A stretch of DNA of 63,483 nt, filler included, from Saprolegnia diclina VS20 (taxonomy: Eukaryota), in assembly GCF_000281045.1 (NCBI RefSeq). It is 6 parts of 5 records of this genome, joined end to end, with 100 filler letters (N's around TTAATTAATTAA, not from the genome) between each part and the next. Parts side by side here need not be neighbours in the genome. Positions count along the whole stretch, not along the records: positions 1 to 9,199 come from NW_008246229.1; positions 9,300 to 15,265 come from NW_008246230.1; 4 more parts are not named here. One strand, 5' to 3'. Below, piece after piece: positions 1 to 12,414 of this stretch. The notes beneath the pieces are model-generated. The model did not search any database and was not told where the DNA came from. It worked only from the letters and a program-made list of their open reading frames with translations. Within the stretch, counting starts at the first letter, position 1, and every line of letters starts with the position of its first letter. The translations under genes and the position numbers were made by a program.

Positions 1-1129
1 ACGCTAAGGCGTTGCTTTTCCAGTCGCGCCACCTTCTCCTCAGGCGTCTCGGTGGCCTTCTTGACGCCAGGGCGTTGCTTTTCCAGTCGCGCCACCTTCT
101 CCTCAGGCGTCTCGGTGGCCTTCTTGACGGCGCGGGCAGTGGCTTGGCTAAGGCGTTGCTTTTCCAGTCGCGCCGCCTCCTCCTCAGGCGTACAGTGCAC
201 GCGGGCGATTTGGTAGGCTACAGATGGCGTGCACTGTATCGGCCGTCGAGAAGGCGACCGAGACGCCCGACGAGAAAGCAGCTCGGCTGGAAAAGCAGCG
301 CCTTGGCAAAACCACTGCGCGCGCCGTCGGGAAGGGCACCGAGACGCACGAAGAAAAGGTCGTGTGGCTTGAAGATCGCAGCGTCGAAAAACTTTACCAA
401 GCACCCAAAACTAGCGATCGCAGCCTTTCACCTCTACTCGGGCAACTCCGACGCTCATGTGTGCAACGACGAGTCACTCAACGGCCCCGGTGGTCACGCA
501 GTTTGCGAGCGCATCTTGCGAGCTGTTGGGGATGCAGTCGGTCAGGCAGACGCTGCACGCTGTCAGGAGACGCCAGCAAGATGCCGGATCCGGGCGCATC
601 GCTGCATGTGCCTCGTGCAACGAGGCACTCTACGAATGCGAAGATCAGATTGTTGACGCGGGGCCTGTCGAACACCTACCCACAGTGTTTCGCCTTGATG
701 ACTTCCAAGTTGCTCGGCTGCCGCGCGACAGCAAGCTCGTCGCCGAAGTTGTGGCGGTGCTCCGCGTTGATGGTGTGCACTATCATCTGAACCCAAGCCT
801 TGTCCCAGACAAAAGCAACGTCGTGGTGTGCTCGACATGCGCCAAGATCCCGACTGCAGGGTCTCGCAACGTTGCGCCCTTCAGTATCGCCAAGGGCCAC
901 GACTACTGGCGGTGCGAGACGTTGCCAAAAATCAGCGACGCTACCTTGCGGGCTATCACAGCTGCTCGTGCGCACCATATTAACCTTCTTGTGCAACCGC
1001 CCACTGCATTTGCTTTGTTGCGGATGGGTCGATCCAAGTCGCCAAGATTTTGCCGGAAGTCACGGACGGGCGACGGTTCCATGTGACGTACGTCGGACCA
1101 CACGAGAAGTGCGATGAGACGCTCAATTC
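1..1129 (+). mobile_element. Degenerate Helitron-like element remnant (STPR-like repeats + DUF6570-like region of a Rep/Helicase ORF), frameshifted and truncated by a gap
   Basis: + strand 245-370 encodes ETPDEKAARLEKQR-type repeats. Then come CASC...CSTC...APFSIAKGHDYW and, after a frameshift near 1000, HCICFVADGSIQVAKILPEV...HVTYVGP. This resembles the CxxC..PxFSIANG..D / GHxIxF..LP..VxFVG pattern upstream of Helitron Rep domains. Confidence 0.65.
8..190 (-). repeat. Tandem 63-78 bp coding repeat (ETPEEKVARLEKQRLSQATARAVKKAT), inverted relative to the copies at 245-370
   Basis: gcgttgcttttccagtcgcgcc(a/g)cc(t/c)tctcctcaggcg-like unit occurs three times. Its reverse complement translates to VKKATETPEEKVARLEKQR, matching the + strand repeats downstream. 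Confidence 0.85.
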
Positions 1130-1630
1130 NNNNNNNNNNNNNNNNNNNNNNNNNNNNNNNNNNNNNNNNNNNNNNNNNNNNNNNNNNNNNNNNNNNNNNN
1201 NNNNNNNNNNNNNNNNNNNNNNNNNNNNNAGGTGGGTTGTGTCCCACAAACGTGATGAGATCCCATCATTCGGTTGGATGGTACTAGCAGTTGGATACAG
1301 CCCGCGGCTATCCAACATGCTCGGTAATGCATACGTACCTCGGTGATGGACTCGTAACAATTAGCTCAGAAGCCGCAGTATTGCACTCTGCGGTGCGCTT
1401 CAAGGTGCAGCGCGGTACGAGAAGATGCATGGACGCTTGGCGCCAACGACACACCTACACAGCAGCTTCGTGCGTCTAGCTGAATTAGCGTCGAGGCAAC
1501 GTAGCTCTAAGCGCTTCGACATGCAACACCGTGGCTGCATACCGCAGGGTCGACTCCACCGTATATATCCAATCAAACGAGGAGCTCGCACGTAGGACCG
1601 TTGCCATATAGAGTACATCAAGTCGTCGCT

Positions 1631-2182
1631 CTATTCTCGCTGTGTAAAGGCCATGATGGCCATGAGGCCGACGGCGAGGATCTTGAGGGCCGGGTAGTCG
1701 TTCATGAGGATGGTTGCCATGCCCACGTACGGGATCGAGGCGCGCGCAATGCCAACGATATCGCCGCGCTGCAGCCAGAGCTGGCCCGGCGCGTAGAGCC
1801 CACGGTCGTCGACGTTGTTGTTGTCGCCCTTGGTCAAGTAAAAGTCGACGCCGTCCGACTTGCGCGTATGGACTTTGAGCACGCGATGGACGATCGGGAT
1901 GTCCCGGTCCTTGATCTTGAAGACGACAATGTCGCCAATGTCGAGGTTGGGCTTGTTGTTGTCGAGGAAGAGGATGTCACCGCGCTGGAAAGCCGGCTCC
2001 ATGCTGCCACTGAGCACGACGACGATCGGCGACTCGCCAAGCGTCCAGCCCATGAGGCCGCGCCAGATCATGAGCGCGCTCGTGATGACCATGATGAGGT
2101 TGAGCGCCTGATGCGTGAGCTGCCGCTTGTTCTTGTTGAGGCGTCGGACCTCTTCCACCTGCTGCTCGACCATCTTCATCAT
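1631..2182 (-). CDS. SEC11: Signal peptidase complex catalytic subunit SEC11 (peptidase S26B)
   Basis: Intronless ORF with ESPIVVVLSGSMEPAFQRGDILFL, IPIVHRV, LTKGDNNNVDDRGLY and PYVGMATILMNDYP. Confidence 0.97.
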   Translation of the reverse strand: MMKMVEQQVEEVRRLNKNKRQLTHQALNLIMVITSALMIWRGLMGWTLGESPIVVVLSGSMEPAFQRGDILFLDNNKPNLDIGDIVVFKIKDRDIPIVHRVLKVHTRKSDGVDFYLTKGDNNNVDDRGLYAPGQLWLQRGDIVGIARASIPYVGMATILMNDYPALKILAVGLMAIMAFTQRE

Positions 2183-2721
2183 CGTAGCGTCGTCGGTCTC
2201 GGCCGCGGAATCGCAAAATTGAGACCACGTGGCAAGTGAATGCCAACCGGATGACCACAATTGTATCCGGTATTTACCTGTCTAATGTGATATTTTTGAT
2301 CCTATCATGTATTACGAGAGGTTTTATAACGATACCAGGGGCTGTTCACGCAGCTAGCCAAGAGGAGTAGTACAAAGTGGTGGAGCAGTAGCATGTTTAG
2401 TTGTGTAAAGGGTTATACAATAGACTAGTGACATGGGACCGCAATGACAATGTCTGAGACTTGTTCCTTTGGTATCCCAACCCAAACCCTAGATTTTTCA
2501 AAAATGTCCCTTTCACTGTGACAAAGTGGCAGCTTGCTCCCAGTACTTATAACGCTGGACTAGAAGGGGTAACATTAGACTACGAGTCAATGGATTCGTG
2601 GTTTCTGCCAAAAACTACGCTGGATGTAAAAATTACCTGTAGAAAGCCGCAAAGCTGCAGATCAAAGTCACATATATGTACATTAGGACATTTACGCCGT
2701 GCTATTGCTTTACAAATTGCA

Positions 2722-5700
2722 TCAGGGCGTGGACGTGAGCTCGACAATGTCGGGGACGTCAATGTGGTCGCCAGACGAGCCCGATTCGTGCGCATCCCAC
2801 GCCAAGAGAAGCCCGCTCTCCCAGTTGCGCACCTACGCCAGCGACTCCACGTTTCATCATCACCAATATGACGCTCTACCCAGCGTTGTGTGTCAAACAG
2901 CGGACACGTGGTGCGTGTTTCTTCGAGTTTTTTGCGAATTTCCCAGAGTTTGTCCATGTCCAAGGCCAGTGCGACGGCCAATTCTTCGTACCTATCCCCA
3001 ACGTCTACTTCGTTGGATCTACACTAACACATAAGTACTCTTCAATGGTCTTGGTGATGAGCTCAGGCAAGTCGACGGCTTGAAGGAGGCTCGAGGCGAC
3101 GCGGCCAGCCATGTGCCCGCCTTCGAGCGTGATCATGGGCGTGCCTACGCTGCGATTCCATCGACTCTGGTCGTGTCGGCTGCCGTACCGCTCCAGAGAA
3201 TATCGCAGCCGACGGTTTGCGCATTGTACGTCGGCGTGTCCAAGAAGAGATCGGCCAAGTACCTGCACGCATCAGCGTCCTCATACACGGAAAACAAGTC
3301 ATTCTACCCGCGGCGAAGGTGCTCTTCCTTGGGCACGACGTCCGTAAAGTGGAGTCGCGACTCGCGAATTCCGTGGGCTTTAGCCTCGGCCTTGAGGTTG
3401 GTCTCGGCCAGGTCTAGGCGTAGTTTAGGGCGGTGTCTAGGCAAACGAGAGTACCGTCGCCGTGGTAGCGCAGAAGCCACAGAATCGAGTTGGGCACGCG
3501 CTTGAGAATGTGCATCCAGCTCGTAAACGTAACAGGGTCCAGCTTATAGAGCTGGCTAAAGTTGCAAAACACGAATTTGTCTTCGGGCACTTCGTACTGG
3601 CCGCGCGTCGGGCACGTCTCAATGTCCAGAACGCTCTGGTACGCTTGTTTATGGTCGTTGACGACGAACGAGTGCGGGAGGTAGATCATTTTCTCGACAA
3701 ACCCAGTGGCAGCATCACCAGGGGGCACGACCACCTTGTCGGCCACGAGGTACTGAATGTAATCGGCGCCCAGCGACGCTGGAAAGCCCAAGTAGGCCAT
3801 TTGGAGAGGAGCCGGTCGCAACGCGAAAATCTCCGTGCGGGCACCTAGCAATAAAACAATCCATTGCGTGTTGGATCGTGCAGTTGGATACTTGGATAGT
3901 ACCTTTGGTGTAGCCGTTCAAGTCGATGAGAATGTGGATGCCGTCATTGTGGATCAGATGGGCTGCGTCGCCGTTGGCCATGGCGCTAATGTCCTTGAAA
4001 TGCTCGGCGTCGGTTTCGATGCGCCGACGCCACTGCGATTGGTCCGAGATGGACGTCGCATAGCAAGTCACTTCGAATCGCGATGTGTCGTGCAGGCCAA
4101 AGACTGAGGCCATGAGATGCGCCGTCGGGTGGTTGCCAAAGTTGGCGCAGACATAGCTAAGCATATAAGAAATATATAAGAAATATTGTTGACGCGGTGG
4201 TATAATTAATTACCCAATTTTGAGCCGCTCGTCCGAGCGCTTGGCACGGTACCGGACGTTGGCCATGTCGACAAGCGACACGTTGAGTTTGGCGCGCTGA
4301 GCAAACCTAATTTATAGCCTTAGAAGATGCGTTTTTGAATTTTGGAGACCGTTTGGCGATTTCCAGCGATCGGGTCGGCGGCAACGCGTAGATGAGCGCA
4401 TGGAACGGCTGGACCGCCGGCAAGTTGGTGTCAACACTCATTTGGCGCTCGAGAAGGACCAGAATTTTCTTCATGTCCTACAAAATGATTGGCCCTTGGA
4501 CCTCAACAAACTCTAGTTGCGACACTTGACGTACCTCGGAGCGCGACCGCCAGTCACACACAATCGCGAGCGAGTGTACATAGTTGGCCAACGCTTCGGG
4601 AAATTCCGGCCGCAAGCTCAGTGCCTACAAAGAAAAATGCTACATTTCCGAACTAAAATGATACCAACCTTGCGAAAGCACGTGAGCGCTTCTTCGAGCC
4701 GCCCGCCGTCCTTGTACGCGACCGCCAGGTTGCTGTACGTGTCGGCAAACGCCGGTTTGAGACGAATCGCAGTGCTGTAGCACGTGATGGCTTCCTCCAA
4801 CCGCAACAGCTCTACGCCAGTGTCCTCTTCTGTGGCGTGCAGCCTTCCGCACCTTTGTAGGCGTTGCCCATGTTGCTGAAGGCGTCGGCGAACGTTGGGT
4901 CGATCGTGATGGCCTCCTGGTAGTGCGCTAGAGCTTGTTCGACCTTGCCCTGCTCCTTCAAAATGCTAGCACCCACCGCGTTTGTATCGAGTGTTTCTGT
5001 AGATTCCAATACCTTCCGAGGTTGCTGTGGGCGGCGGCAAAGCGAGGCATGAGACGAACCGCCGTCATGTAGCAGTGAATGGCCTCCTTGATCATGCCCT
5101 TGTCTTTGAGCGCGTTTCCAAGGTTGTTGTACGCAAAAGGGTGGTCGGGTTTGAGCCGCAACGCTGTCCGATAGCAGCTAATCTATCAACGCAAATGCTC
5201 TTCCAAAAGGCACATCTTCATACGAAGGACGCACTGCTTGCTCGAGCTGCCCAATGTCGCGCAGTGCGTTGCCGAGGTTGTTGTACGCATCGGGGTAGTT
5301 GGGCTCGAGCTGGATCGCGGTTCGGTACGTCGAAATGGCAAGCTCGATTTGATTTGCGTCAAAGTAGCTGCTTGCGAGGTTGCCTACAGTCCACATGCAT
5401 AATTTCCAAAAATTAAAGAATAAAATACAAAAATATTCGACTCGTACCATGAGCAATGGCAAACTCTGGGCGCAGCGCAATCGCCGTCTTGTACGCCTCG
5501 ATCGCTTCGGTGGGCTGACCGCTTTCTTTGAGTGCATTGCCAAGGTTGCTGTAGGCGTCAGCAAAGTCCGGGGCGAGCCTGCACCGCTCATGTTTAGCCA
5601 CCATGACTAGAAATAAGATGTACCGAATGGCTTCCTTGTAGTGTGCAATGGCCTTGTCGAGCTGCCCGTCGTCTTTGAGAAGCCCCGCGAGGTTGCTCCA

Positions 5701-6367
5701 CGCAATGGCAAAGTTGGGTTTCACGCGAATTGCGTTCGTGTAGCACTCGGTAGCGTCTTCCACGAGGCCCTGCGCCTTGTAGAGGTTGCCGAGGTTCGAG
5801 TGCGCATCAACGAGGCACGGGTCTAGCACCAGCGCCATCTTGTACGTCTCGATGGCCTCGCGCGTCGCGCCCATTTGCATATAACTCGACGCGAGATTGT
5901 TGTAAACGTCGGCGAAGCGCGGGTTGAGTTTGATCGCGCGCAAGTAGAATTGGACGGCGCCGTTCATGTCGCCAATCTCCTTGAGCGCGTTTCCGAGGTT
6001 GCCAAAGGCCTCGGCGAAATGCGGCTCGATGCGGATGCACTGCTGGTTGTAAAAAATCGACTCGGAGAAATTCCGCACTTGAAAGTGGAGCGCGCCGAGC
6101 AGCAAGAGGTTGTCGGTGCGCGACGCGTCGGCCGCATACAAGTGTTCGCAGATGCGAATGCCCTCCGTGTACTTGCCACAGTTGTACTCGTGGTGCGCCG
6201 CATCGAGTAACTCTATGTGCCAGTTGAGAGAGATTGAGCGATTCGACGGCGGTCCTACCTGCAAACTGCTGCAGCGTTGATGGGAGATCGATGGCCTCGG
6301 GTGACGACAAGTTGACGGGGTGGATGGCTGCAATCTTGGCCGGGTGCTTCTTCCGAGGCGGCTCCAT
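2722..6367 (-). CDS. OGT: UDP-GlcNAc:peptide O-GlcNAc transferase (TPR repeats + GT41 catalytic domain), multi-exon
   Basis: N-terminal TPR array ([27 protein letters not shown]). Catalytic motifs [47 protein letters not shown] and PLFDTQRWV. Last exon ends ...[15 protein letters not shown]. About a dozen short GT-AG introns. Confidence 0.95.
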
Positions 6368-6703
6368 CGTCCAAGCCTGAAGTCGTTGAGCCGAGCGACG
6401 GTTTCGAGCCAATAGACTTTAGTTATAATCCTTCTGGATACAACAGAGCGGTCGTCCAACCTTGAAGTGAACGCATTGCGCGTAGACTTTTTCTACAAAG
6501 AGCGCAGCGTTAACATCCGCCGGTCTATGGACATTTACGGCCAAACGCGTTTATCAACACTGTGCTGGAAGTCTAAAAGGTTATAGAATCTTCTAGTTTA
6601 ATGCGAATTCCCTTCCGGCACGGTGTAGCGTGCACACTATGTAACGTCGCGCCGACCTTCACTTTCGTCTGCGAAACCAAGAGTCTATTTAAGCGCAGGT
6701 AGC

Positions 6704-8953
6704 ATGGTGGCGCCGCTGGGCGTCACGCTCTCGTTCTTGGACGATTTCATCGAGTCGCACGGCGGGTTTGACGTCTTTGCGACGCTAACGACGCGCGACG
6801 TCAACTTGCAGTTTCTCCAGCCGCTCACGGCCTCGTCGCAGCTCTCACTCGTGGACCAGCTCACGGTAGCCCATGCGGACGTCCTCCCCGCGCGCTACTA
6901 CGTCTCGCACGCGTGGCCGTACCTCTTTGTCGACGTCGTCGAGAGCCTCCACGTCTTCTTCAGCGACAAGCCAAGCGCCGACGCGGTCGTGTGGCTCGAC
7001 CTCTTTTGCAACTCACAGCACGCCAACACGGACTTTGCGAGCCTGACGCGGATCATTTCGTCTGCGATTGGCGCGATCCAGCGCGTCGTCATGGTACTGC
7101 TGCCGTGGGACCGGCCGATTCCGCTCACGCGCGCGTGGTGCGTCTACGAAGTGTACGTGGCCGTCGCATCGCGCAGCCACTTTGACGTGGCCATGACGGA
7201 GGCCGAGACCAACCGGTTCACTGCGCACGCGAGCGTCGAGTCGTTCTTTGACATGCTCGGGCACGTCAAGAGCGAAGCGTCCGAGTCGTACGACCCTAGC
7301 GACAAGGCGCAGATCGTCGCCACGATTCACAGTACGATCGGCTTTCGAGACATGGACACAATGGTGTTTCGCGTGTTTGAAAACTGGATGACAAGCACGC
7401 TCTTGGCCAAAGTGGACGCGACGCCGCAGACGCTCGGGCGGTCGAATTGGCGCTTCAAGCTTGGCTCGTTGTACCACGTGCAAGGCAAGTACGACCTCGC
7501 CGAAGCTGCGTTTGACGCGTGCGTGTCTGCGCGCCTCACGCTGCTCGGCGGCGACCACCCGGAAACGCTGTCGGCCCAAGCACATCTCGCGCGCACGTAC
7601 AAGGCCCAAGGCAAGTACGCCATCGCGGCGACGCTCTTACGGCAGTGCCACGACGTGAGTAAGCGCACGGGGCAGGAAGAATCGCCAACAGCACTTCTCG
7701 TGCTCGACACGCTCGCGGCGACACACCAGTGCCTCGGGCAGTACGGCGATGCGGAAGCGCTTTTTGAATCGTGCTTGACCAATCGGAGGCGGACGCTCGG
7801 GGATGCCCACCAAAGCACGATGGTCACGATGGGCAACCTCGCGAGCTTGTACCAAGCCCAAGGCAAGTATGAGCTCGCGGCGCCGCTCTACGAGCGCTGC
7901 TTGGCAGCGAGCATCGCCAGCGTCGGCCACGACAACCCCAACACGCTGATACTGAGAAACAACGTGGCAGTCAACAAGAGCGCGCTGCATGACTATGCGT
8001 CGGCCGAGGTTTTGTACGCACAGTGCCTTAGCGACAGCGAGCGCATCCTTGGGCCCGACCACCCGAGTACACTGGCCACGATGAACAACCTTGCGGCTAC
8101 GTATTACCACCAGCGAAAGTTGGAGGTGGCCGAGACGCTGTATACGCAGTGCCTTGGCGCCTGCCAGCGCGTGCTGGGCGACACACATCCCCAGACACTC
8201 TCGGCCATGAACAACCTCGCCGCACTTCTCAAAGACGCTGCCAAGTTGGACGACGCCGAGAAGCTCTACTTGAAGTGTGTGGCCGCCAACACCAACGTGA
8301 TGGGGGCTTGCCATCCTCAGACGCTCACGTCCATGAGCAACCTTGCCATTCTGTATGATCGCCAGGGAAAGCTCGTCGAGGCCACGTCGCTTCTCGTGCC
8401 GTGTTTGGCACGCCGCCGCGATGTGCTGCCACCCGACCATCCGAGCCTCATCCACACGATACGGGAGCTCGGATGGCTCTTTGAAAAGCAAAAGGACTTT
8501 GCCGCTGCCCAGCCTCTTCTTGCCGAGTATGTCGAGCTTCAGGGCCGCCGCGTCGGGTCGCCCACCAACGACGTCCTCCAGCGCAAGTGCAGCCTTGCCG
8601 AGTGCTATACGCAGACCAAAAACTTGCCAGCTGCCGAGATGATGCTGCTCGAGTGCGTGGCGGGCGCCAAATGCATGCACGGGGAGGCGGCCCCCGAAAC
8701 CCTCAAGATCGTTGCGCAGCTCGAGGACTTTTATGTGACCAATCTCGCGAGTGCCATCACGGCCAAGGACTGGACATTTATCGCTCACTATCGCCAGGCG
8801 CTCGAAAGCTTTGGGAAAACCAACGTCCTCAGCGACGCGACCAAGCACCAGATCGAGAGCTCCAAGCACTTGATGCCTGTGGGGACGCCGCGCAAGGTCA
8901 TCAAATCCCTGATAGTGTCGCCCCGCGCCGAAGCTCTACAAGAAAAACCCTAG
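6704..8953 (+). CDS. TPR protein (kinesin-light-chain-type 42-aa repeats) with N-terminal TIR/HET-like domain
   Basis: 749-aa intronless ORF. N-terminus has YVSHAW...WLDLFCNSQH...LTRAWCVYE, followed by about 10 repeats of the type LGxxHPxTLxxMNNLAxxY. Confidence 0.9.
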   Translation: MVAPLGVTLSFLDDFIESHGGFDVFATLTTRDVNLQFLQPLTASSQLSLVDQLTVAHADVLPARYYVSHAWPYLFVDVVESLHVFFSDKPSADAVVWLDLFCNSQHANTDFASLTRIISSAIGAIQRVVMVLLPWDRPIPLTRAWCVYEVYVAVASRSHFDVAMTEAETNRFTAHASVESFFDMLGHVKSEASESYDPSDKAQIVATIHSTIGFRDMDTMVFRVFENWMTSTLLAKVDATPQTLGRSNWRFKLGSLYHVQGKYDLAEAAFDACVSARLTLLGGDHPETLSAQAHLARTYKAQGKYAIAATLLRQCHDVSKRTGQEESPTALLVLDTLAATHQCLGQYGDAEALFESCLTNRRRTLGDAHQSTMVTMGNLASLYQAQGKYELAAPLYERCLAASIASVGHDNPNTLILRNNVAVNKSALHDYASAEVLYAQCLSDSERILGPDHPSTLATMNNLAATYYHQRKLEVAETLYTQCLGACQRVLGDTHPQTLSAMNNLAALLKDAAKLDDAEKLYLKCVAANTNVMGACHPQTLTSMSNLAILYDRQGKLVEATSLLVPCLARRRDVLPPDHPSLIHTIRELGWLFEKQKDFAAAQPLLAEYVELQGRRVGSPTNDVLQRKCSLAECYTQTKNLPAAEMMLLECVAGAKCMHGEAAPETLKIVAQLEDFYVTNLASAITAKDWTFIAHYRQALESFGKTNVLSDATKHQIESSKHLMPVGTPRKVIKSLIVSPRAEALQEKP

Positions 8954-9102
8954 TCCTCGTCAATATATGCGTTCCATCTCGCGATATACAGACTCAACAA
9001 CGCAGCAAAGCATCCACATGCTCTGGTCACATCCGACGGCAACACAATTACAAACGCAACACGAGCTGAGTGATACTGTTTGATTCATAGATTAATGTGT
9101 AG

Positions 9103-9199
9103 TCAGCCGCGGTCGCAGTTGCTCGGGAGTGCCCAGCTCGACGGCGCGACGTACGCCTTGAGCTTGAGCGGCACCGGAATCGGACCGAGACCGTCGTTC
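9103..9199 (-). CDS. 3' end of an unidentified gene truncated by the gap
   Basis: Open, GC3-rich frame NDGLGPIPVPLKLKAYVAPSSWALPSNCDRG* running out of the N-gap. Confidence 0.35.
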
Positions 9200-9243
9200 N
9201 NNNNNNNNNNNNNNNNNNNNNNNNNNNNNNNNNNNNNNNNNNN

Positions 9244-9255
9244 TTAATTAATTAA
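9244..9255. other. Artificial contig-joining linker TTAATTAATTAA inside N-run (also at 15310-15321, 41484-41495, 56316-56327, 61285-61296)
   Basis: Identical palindromic 12-mer with stops in all six frames, flanked by about 44 N on each side, at five places. Confidence 0.95.
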
Positions 9256-9829
9256 NNNNNNNNNNNNNNNNNNNNNNNNNNNNNNNNNNNNNNNNNNNNC
9301 TTTGGACGGTGCTGCTCCATCGTTGCAACAGTGGGGCGCTCGGTCCAAGGGAATACACCTTCCCTCGATTTGATTTGACGGACGAAGTGGTAGTCACCCG
9401 GATAATAAGAGAAGGGTGCGATCTTCCGGATACGAGCACTGGGCGGCTGGGCGTGCATCTCGGCATTTGCCCCATCGTGCGCCAACGCAATGTGACTTGT
9501 CCGCCGCTACCGCGGCTTCGCTGACAGCCGCGCCCGGGTCCGTGCGCCGTGCAGCCTCGCGCCTGTCGCGTCGACCGAGCCGCGCACGATCGTCGTCGAG
9601 AAAGGCCATCCGCAGCATCGTCGGCTTCAGAAGCGCGTCTGGTACGTCGTCCGCCCAGCCGTCGACTTAGATGACTCATGCGCTCTCTTGTAGGACGACA
9701 ACGCGCATCGCGATCGCAGGACGTCAGGAGTTTGTATCGACATCAATCCAAATCCGATGAAACGGGATCCTTGGTATGTCAATTGCGGGCTTGAGTTTTG
9801 CACGAAATGCTTCAACTGGCTGACTAGGA

Positions 9830-10813
9830 ATGTCCACGCAACGCATGACGCGAAGCCGATCGGTGCACCGGCATCAGCCCGCCGCACCTGGCAAGACGGC
9901 GGACGACGAGACGAAGCTCGAGTTCGATGCCCTTGTGGCATCCATCATGTCGTGGTTCAAGGAGCGACACGAGAAGGTGCCAGTCCACGCCTTTGCTGCG
10001 CTGGCCGTGCGCGAACGGCAAGGCCCAGCGTCCAAGTGGCCGGCGAAGGAGCAGATCGCGTTCGCAGCGCTCCAGGCGCTTGACAAGGACGACGACGATG
10101 GCACATGGTCGCTGCTCCGGACCTTCTCGGGTGACGGCGACGAGAAGGTGTTCAGCAACTCGTACGTCTTCAATACCTCACATGTCTTTTATCATCGAGA
10201 TGCATAGCTTTTGGCACCGCCCGACGACGCGTCCACCGAAAGGCTGGGAACGCAGACAAGTTGTACGACCTTGATATGTCGGACGACCTCTTCAGTGCGT
10301 TGTAGGCTCAAGGAGAAGGCCGCTGCGACTGCCGAGAAGAAGCGCCGCTCCGACGACCAAGCGACACCGTACGTAGACGATATCGAACGGAAGCAACAAG
10401 ATGGCATGTATAGGCACAAAGGGGCCAAAAAAGCCAAGCCCGCGGCCGCCGCCACGTCGCCACCCGCCACCAACGAGGCGGTGCTCTCGCTCCAGCGCTT
10501 CGTTGCGATGGAGCTCCGATTGGTCGCTGCCATTGACAACAAGGTGACGGCGGCCATGAGCGAGCTTCAAGACAAGGTGCTCGCCGCGATGCACCAGCAA
10601 GGCGCCCAGTTGCACCAGCAAGGCGCCGCGATCAACGCCAGCGTCGACAAGCTGTGTTCGACGCTGCCGAACGAATTCCGCAGCTTGCGCCAAGGCCAAC
10701 TTTCGCTCGCCGAGCATGTGACGACGGAGCGCGTCGCGATGGCCGCGACAATGCAAATGGGACGTGTGATGTATCTATCTACTTTTGCCACTAACGACCC
10801 ACGTGATTCGTAG
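9830..10813 (+). pseudogene. Spliced hypothetical coiled-coil gene, possibly frameshifted
   Basis: Coding-like ORF segments 9830-10161 and 10306-10813, with GT..AG intron candidates at 10162-10207 and 10263-10305. Joining them as such leaves a one-base frame mismatch. No recognisable family. Confidence 0.35.
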
Positions 10814-12414
10814 AAGGAGATCCAAGAACCGATTATTTCGGCGTCCGACGTCCGGCTCACAGAAGCAATGCTCGATGCTCGACGGCAAGCCGGCGCCCAA
10901 GGCGTTTCGGGGCGCGGTGTACGTGTACATCATGGACCGCTTTGTCAAGAAGCCGATTCTGTAGGACCCTCCGGAATCTACCCGTCTGCGCTGGCGGCGG
11001 GGTCGTGGGTCGACGCGTGGCGCGTGCGCGTCGGCAGCATGATGCAAAGGTGCCTTCCCATTGCGTCGTTTGCGATGGCTGCGACCATCACAGGACAGGA
11101 CTCGTCAAGGAAGGCGTCGTGTCGGCCGCCTCGGCGGTTGTGATCTCGGTCGAGACCCTGTCTAGCTGGATCATGCCGGCGCCCTCTGCCCAAGACGCTC
11201 AAGATGGCCTCCGCATAGCATCCTCGACATGCACGTCACCGAGTCGCACTGAGTACGCTTCGGGTCGCACATGTTGAGGATGTAGGCAATTCGAGGGCCA
11301 TCTCGAGCATCTTGGGAAGGGCGCCAGCGTTATCCAGCTGGACATGGTCTCGACCGAGTCCCGTGAAGGTCACCGCCGTCGCAAGGCGCTCATGACGGCC
11401 ACCGTCCGCAACTACGTCCACCTCGCGCACATTAACTTCCGATAATCGCGGTATATGTATGTTTATGATGAGTCTTCGTGTTGCATATGGCACCTCGCAC
11501 AACTTGGGCAGGCGAGTCGTATGAGTGCAGCAATTTCAGAGGTACATGCAGAAAGCATCACTGCATCGCACACCACAACGATCGTCCCTTTGTCCGCGTA
11601 GCAGTACGTATGGGATGGCAGACTACAGTTTGTATTCTGGGAGCTGCACGGGCTCATGAGCTGCAATCTCAGTGCTGAATCAAGAAATTTTGGTTGCAAA
11701 AGCAGCTTACTAATATATCTATGGACATCGACAGCCTCTTGCACACCATTCCACCGCGCCTGACGCGGAAAAGCGCCACCGCAGCGTGGCGGCGCCGTGG
11801 TCATCATCAAAGGGTACGCTTCCTCTTGGTCGGTGTGCGCACCAGTGTGCTGACGCTAACGTTTGATCGATCTGTGACGCGGCTCTTCTCGTGCTTGGGC
11901 ACGTATCGGCGCGCTTGGACTGGTGCCGGTGCTAGAGCGATGGGCATACATTGTACATCGCTGAGACACAACTTGGTGCTGGGCAACGTGCAGCAGTACG
12001 AGCTGTCATTGTTGCTTTACATGCACAAGTTGATGCGACAGAATGTACGAATTCCTTGTTCCATGGCTCTCACGTGCCACAAGCGTCGTAGGGCGACGAC
12101 AGAAGAGCCAGACGAGCCCCCGCGCCGCCGCCTGCGCAGCCACGGACCGGCGAGCGAATGAAGAAGAAGGAGATTGCTAGTCTATCGTATGCGAAGTCTT
12201 TGTGTAACTATGAAGATAACGCGAAACACGTTCATATATATATGGCTCTCACGTGGTGTGACTGAACGGTTGACCACATGGCGGCTCCGTTTGCCACTCA
12301 TGCCATACGTGGACACGGGAAAGGATGCGAAAGTGGTAAACGCATTGTTGATGTTTCTCCATCGCACTGGCTTGGATGCCCCTCCCAACGGTGTTTTTTG
12401 TTGCTCTCCAGTAC

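Noticed and set aside
8..190. Direct repeats as a possible CRISPR array
   Set aside because: The units are contiguous, in-frame coding repeats without unique spacers, in a eukaryotic context with no cas genes.
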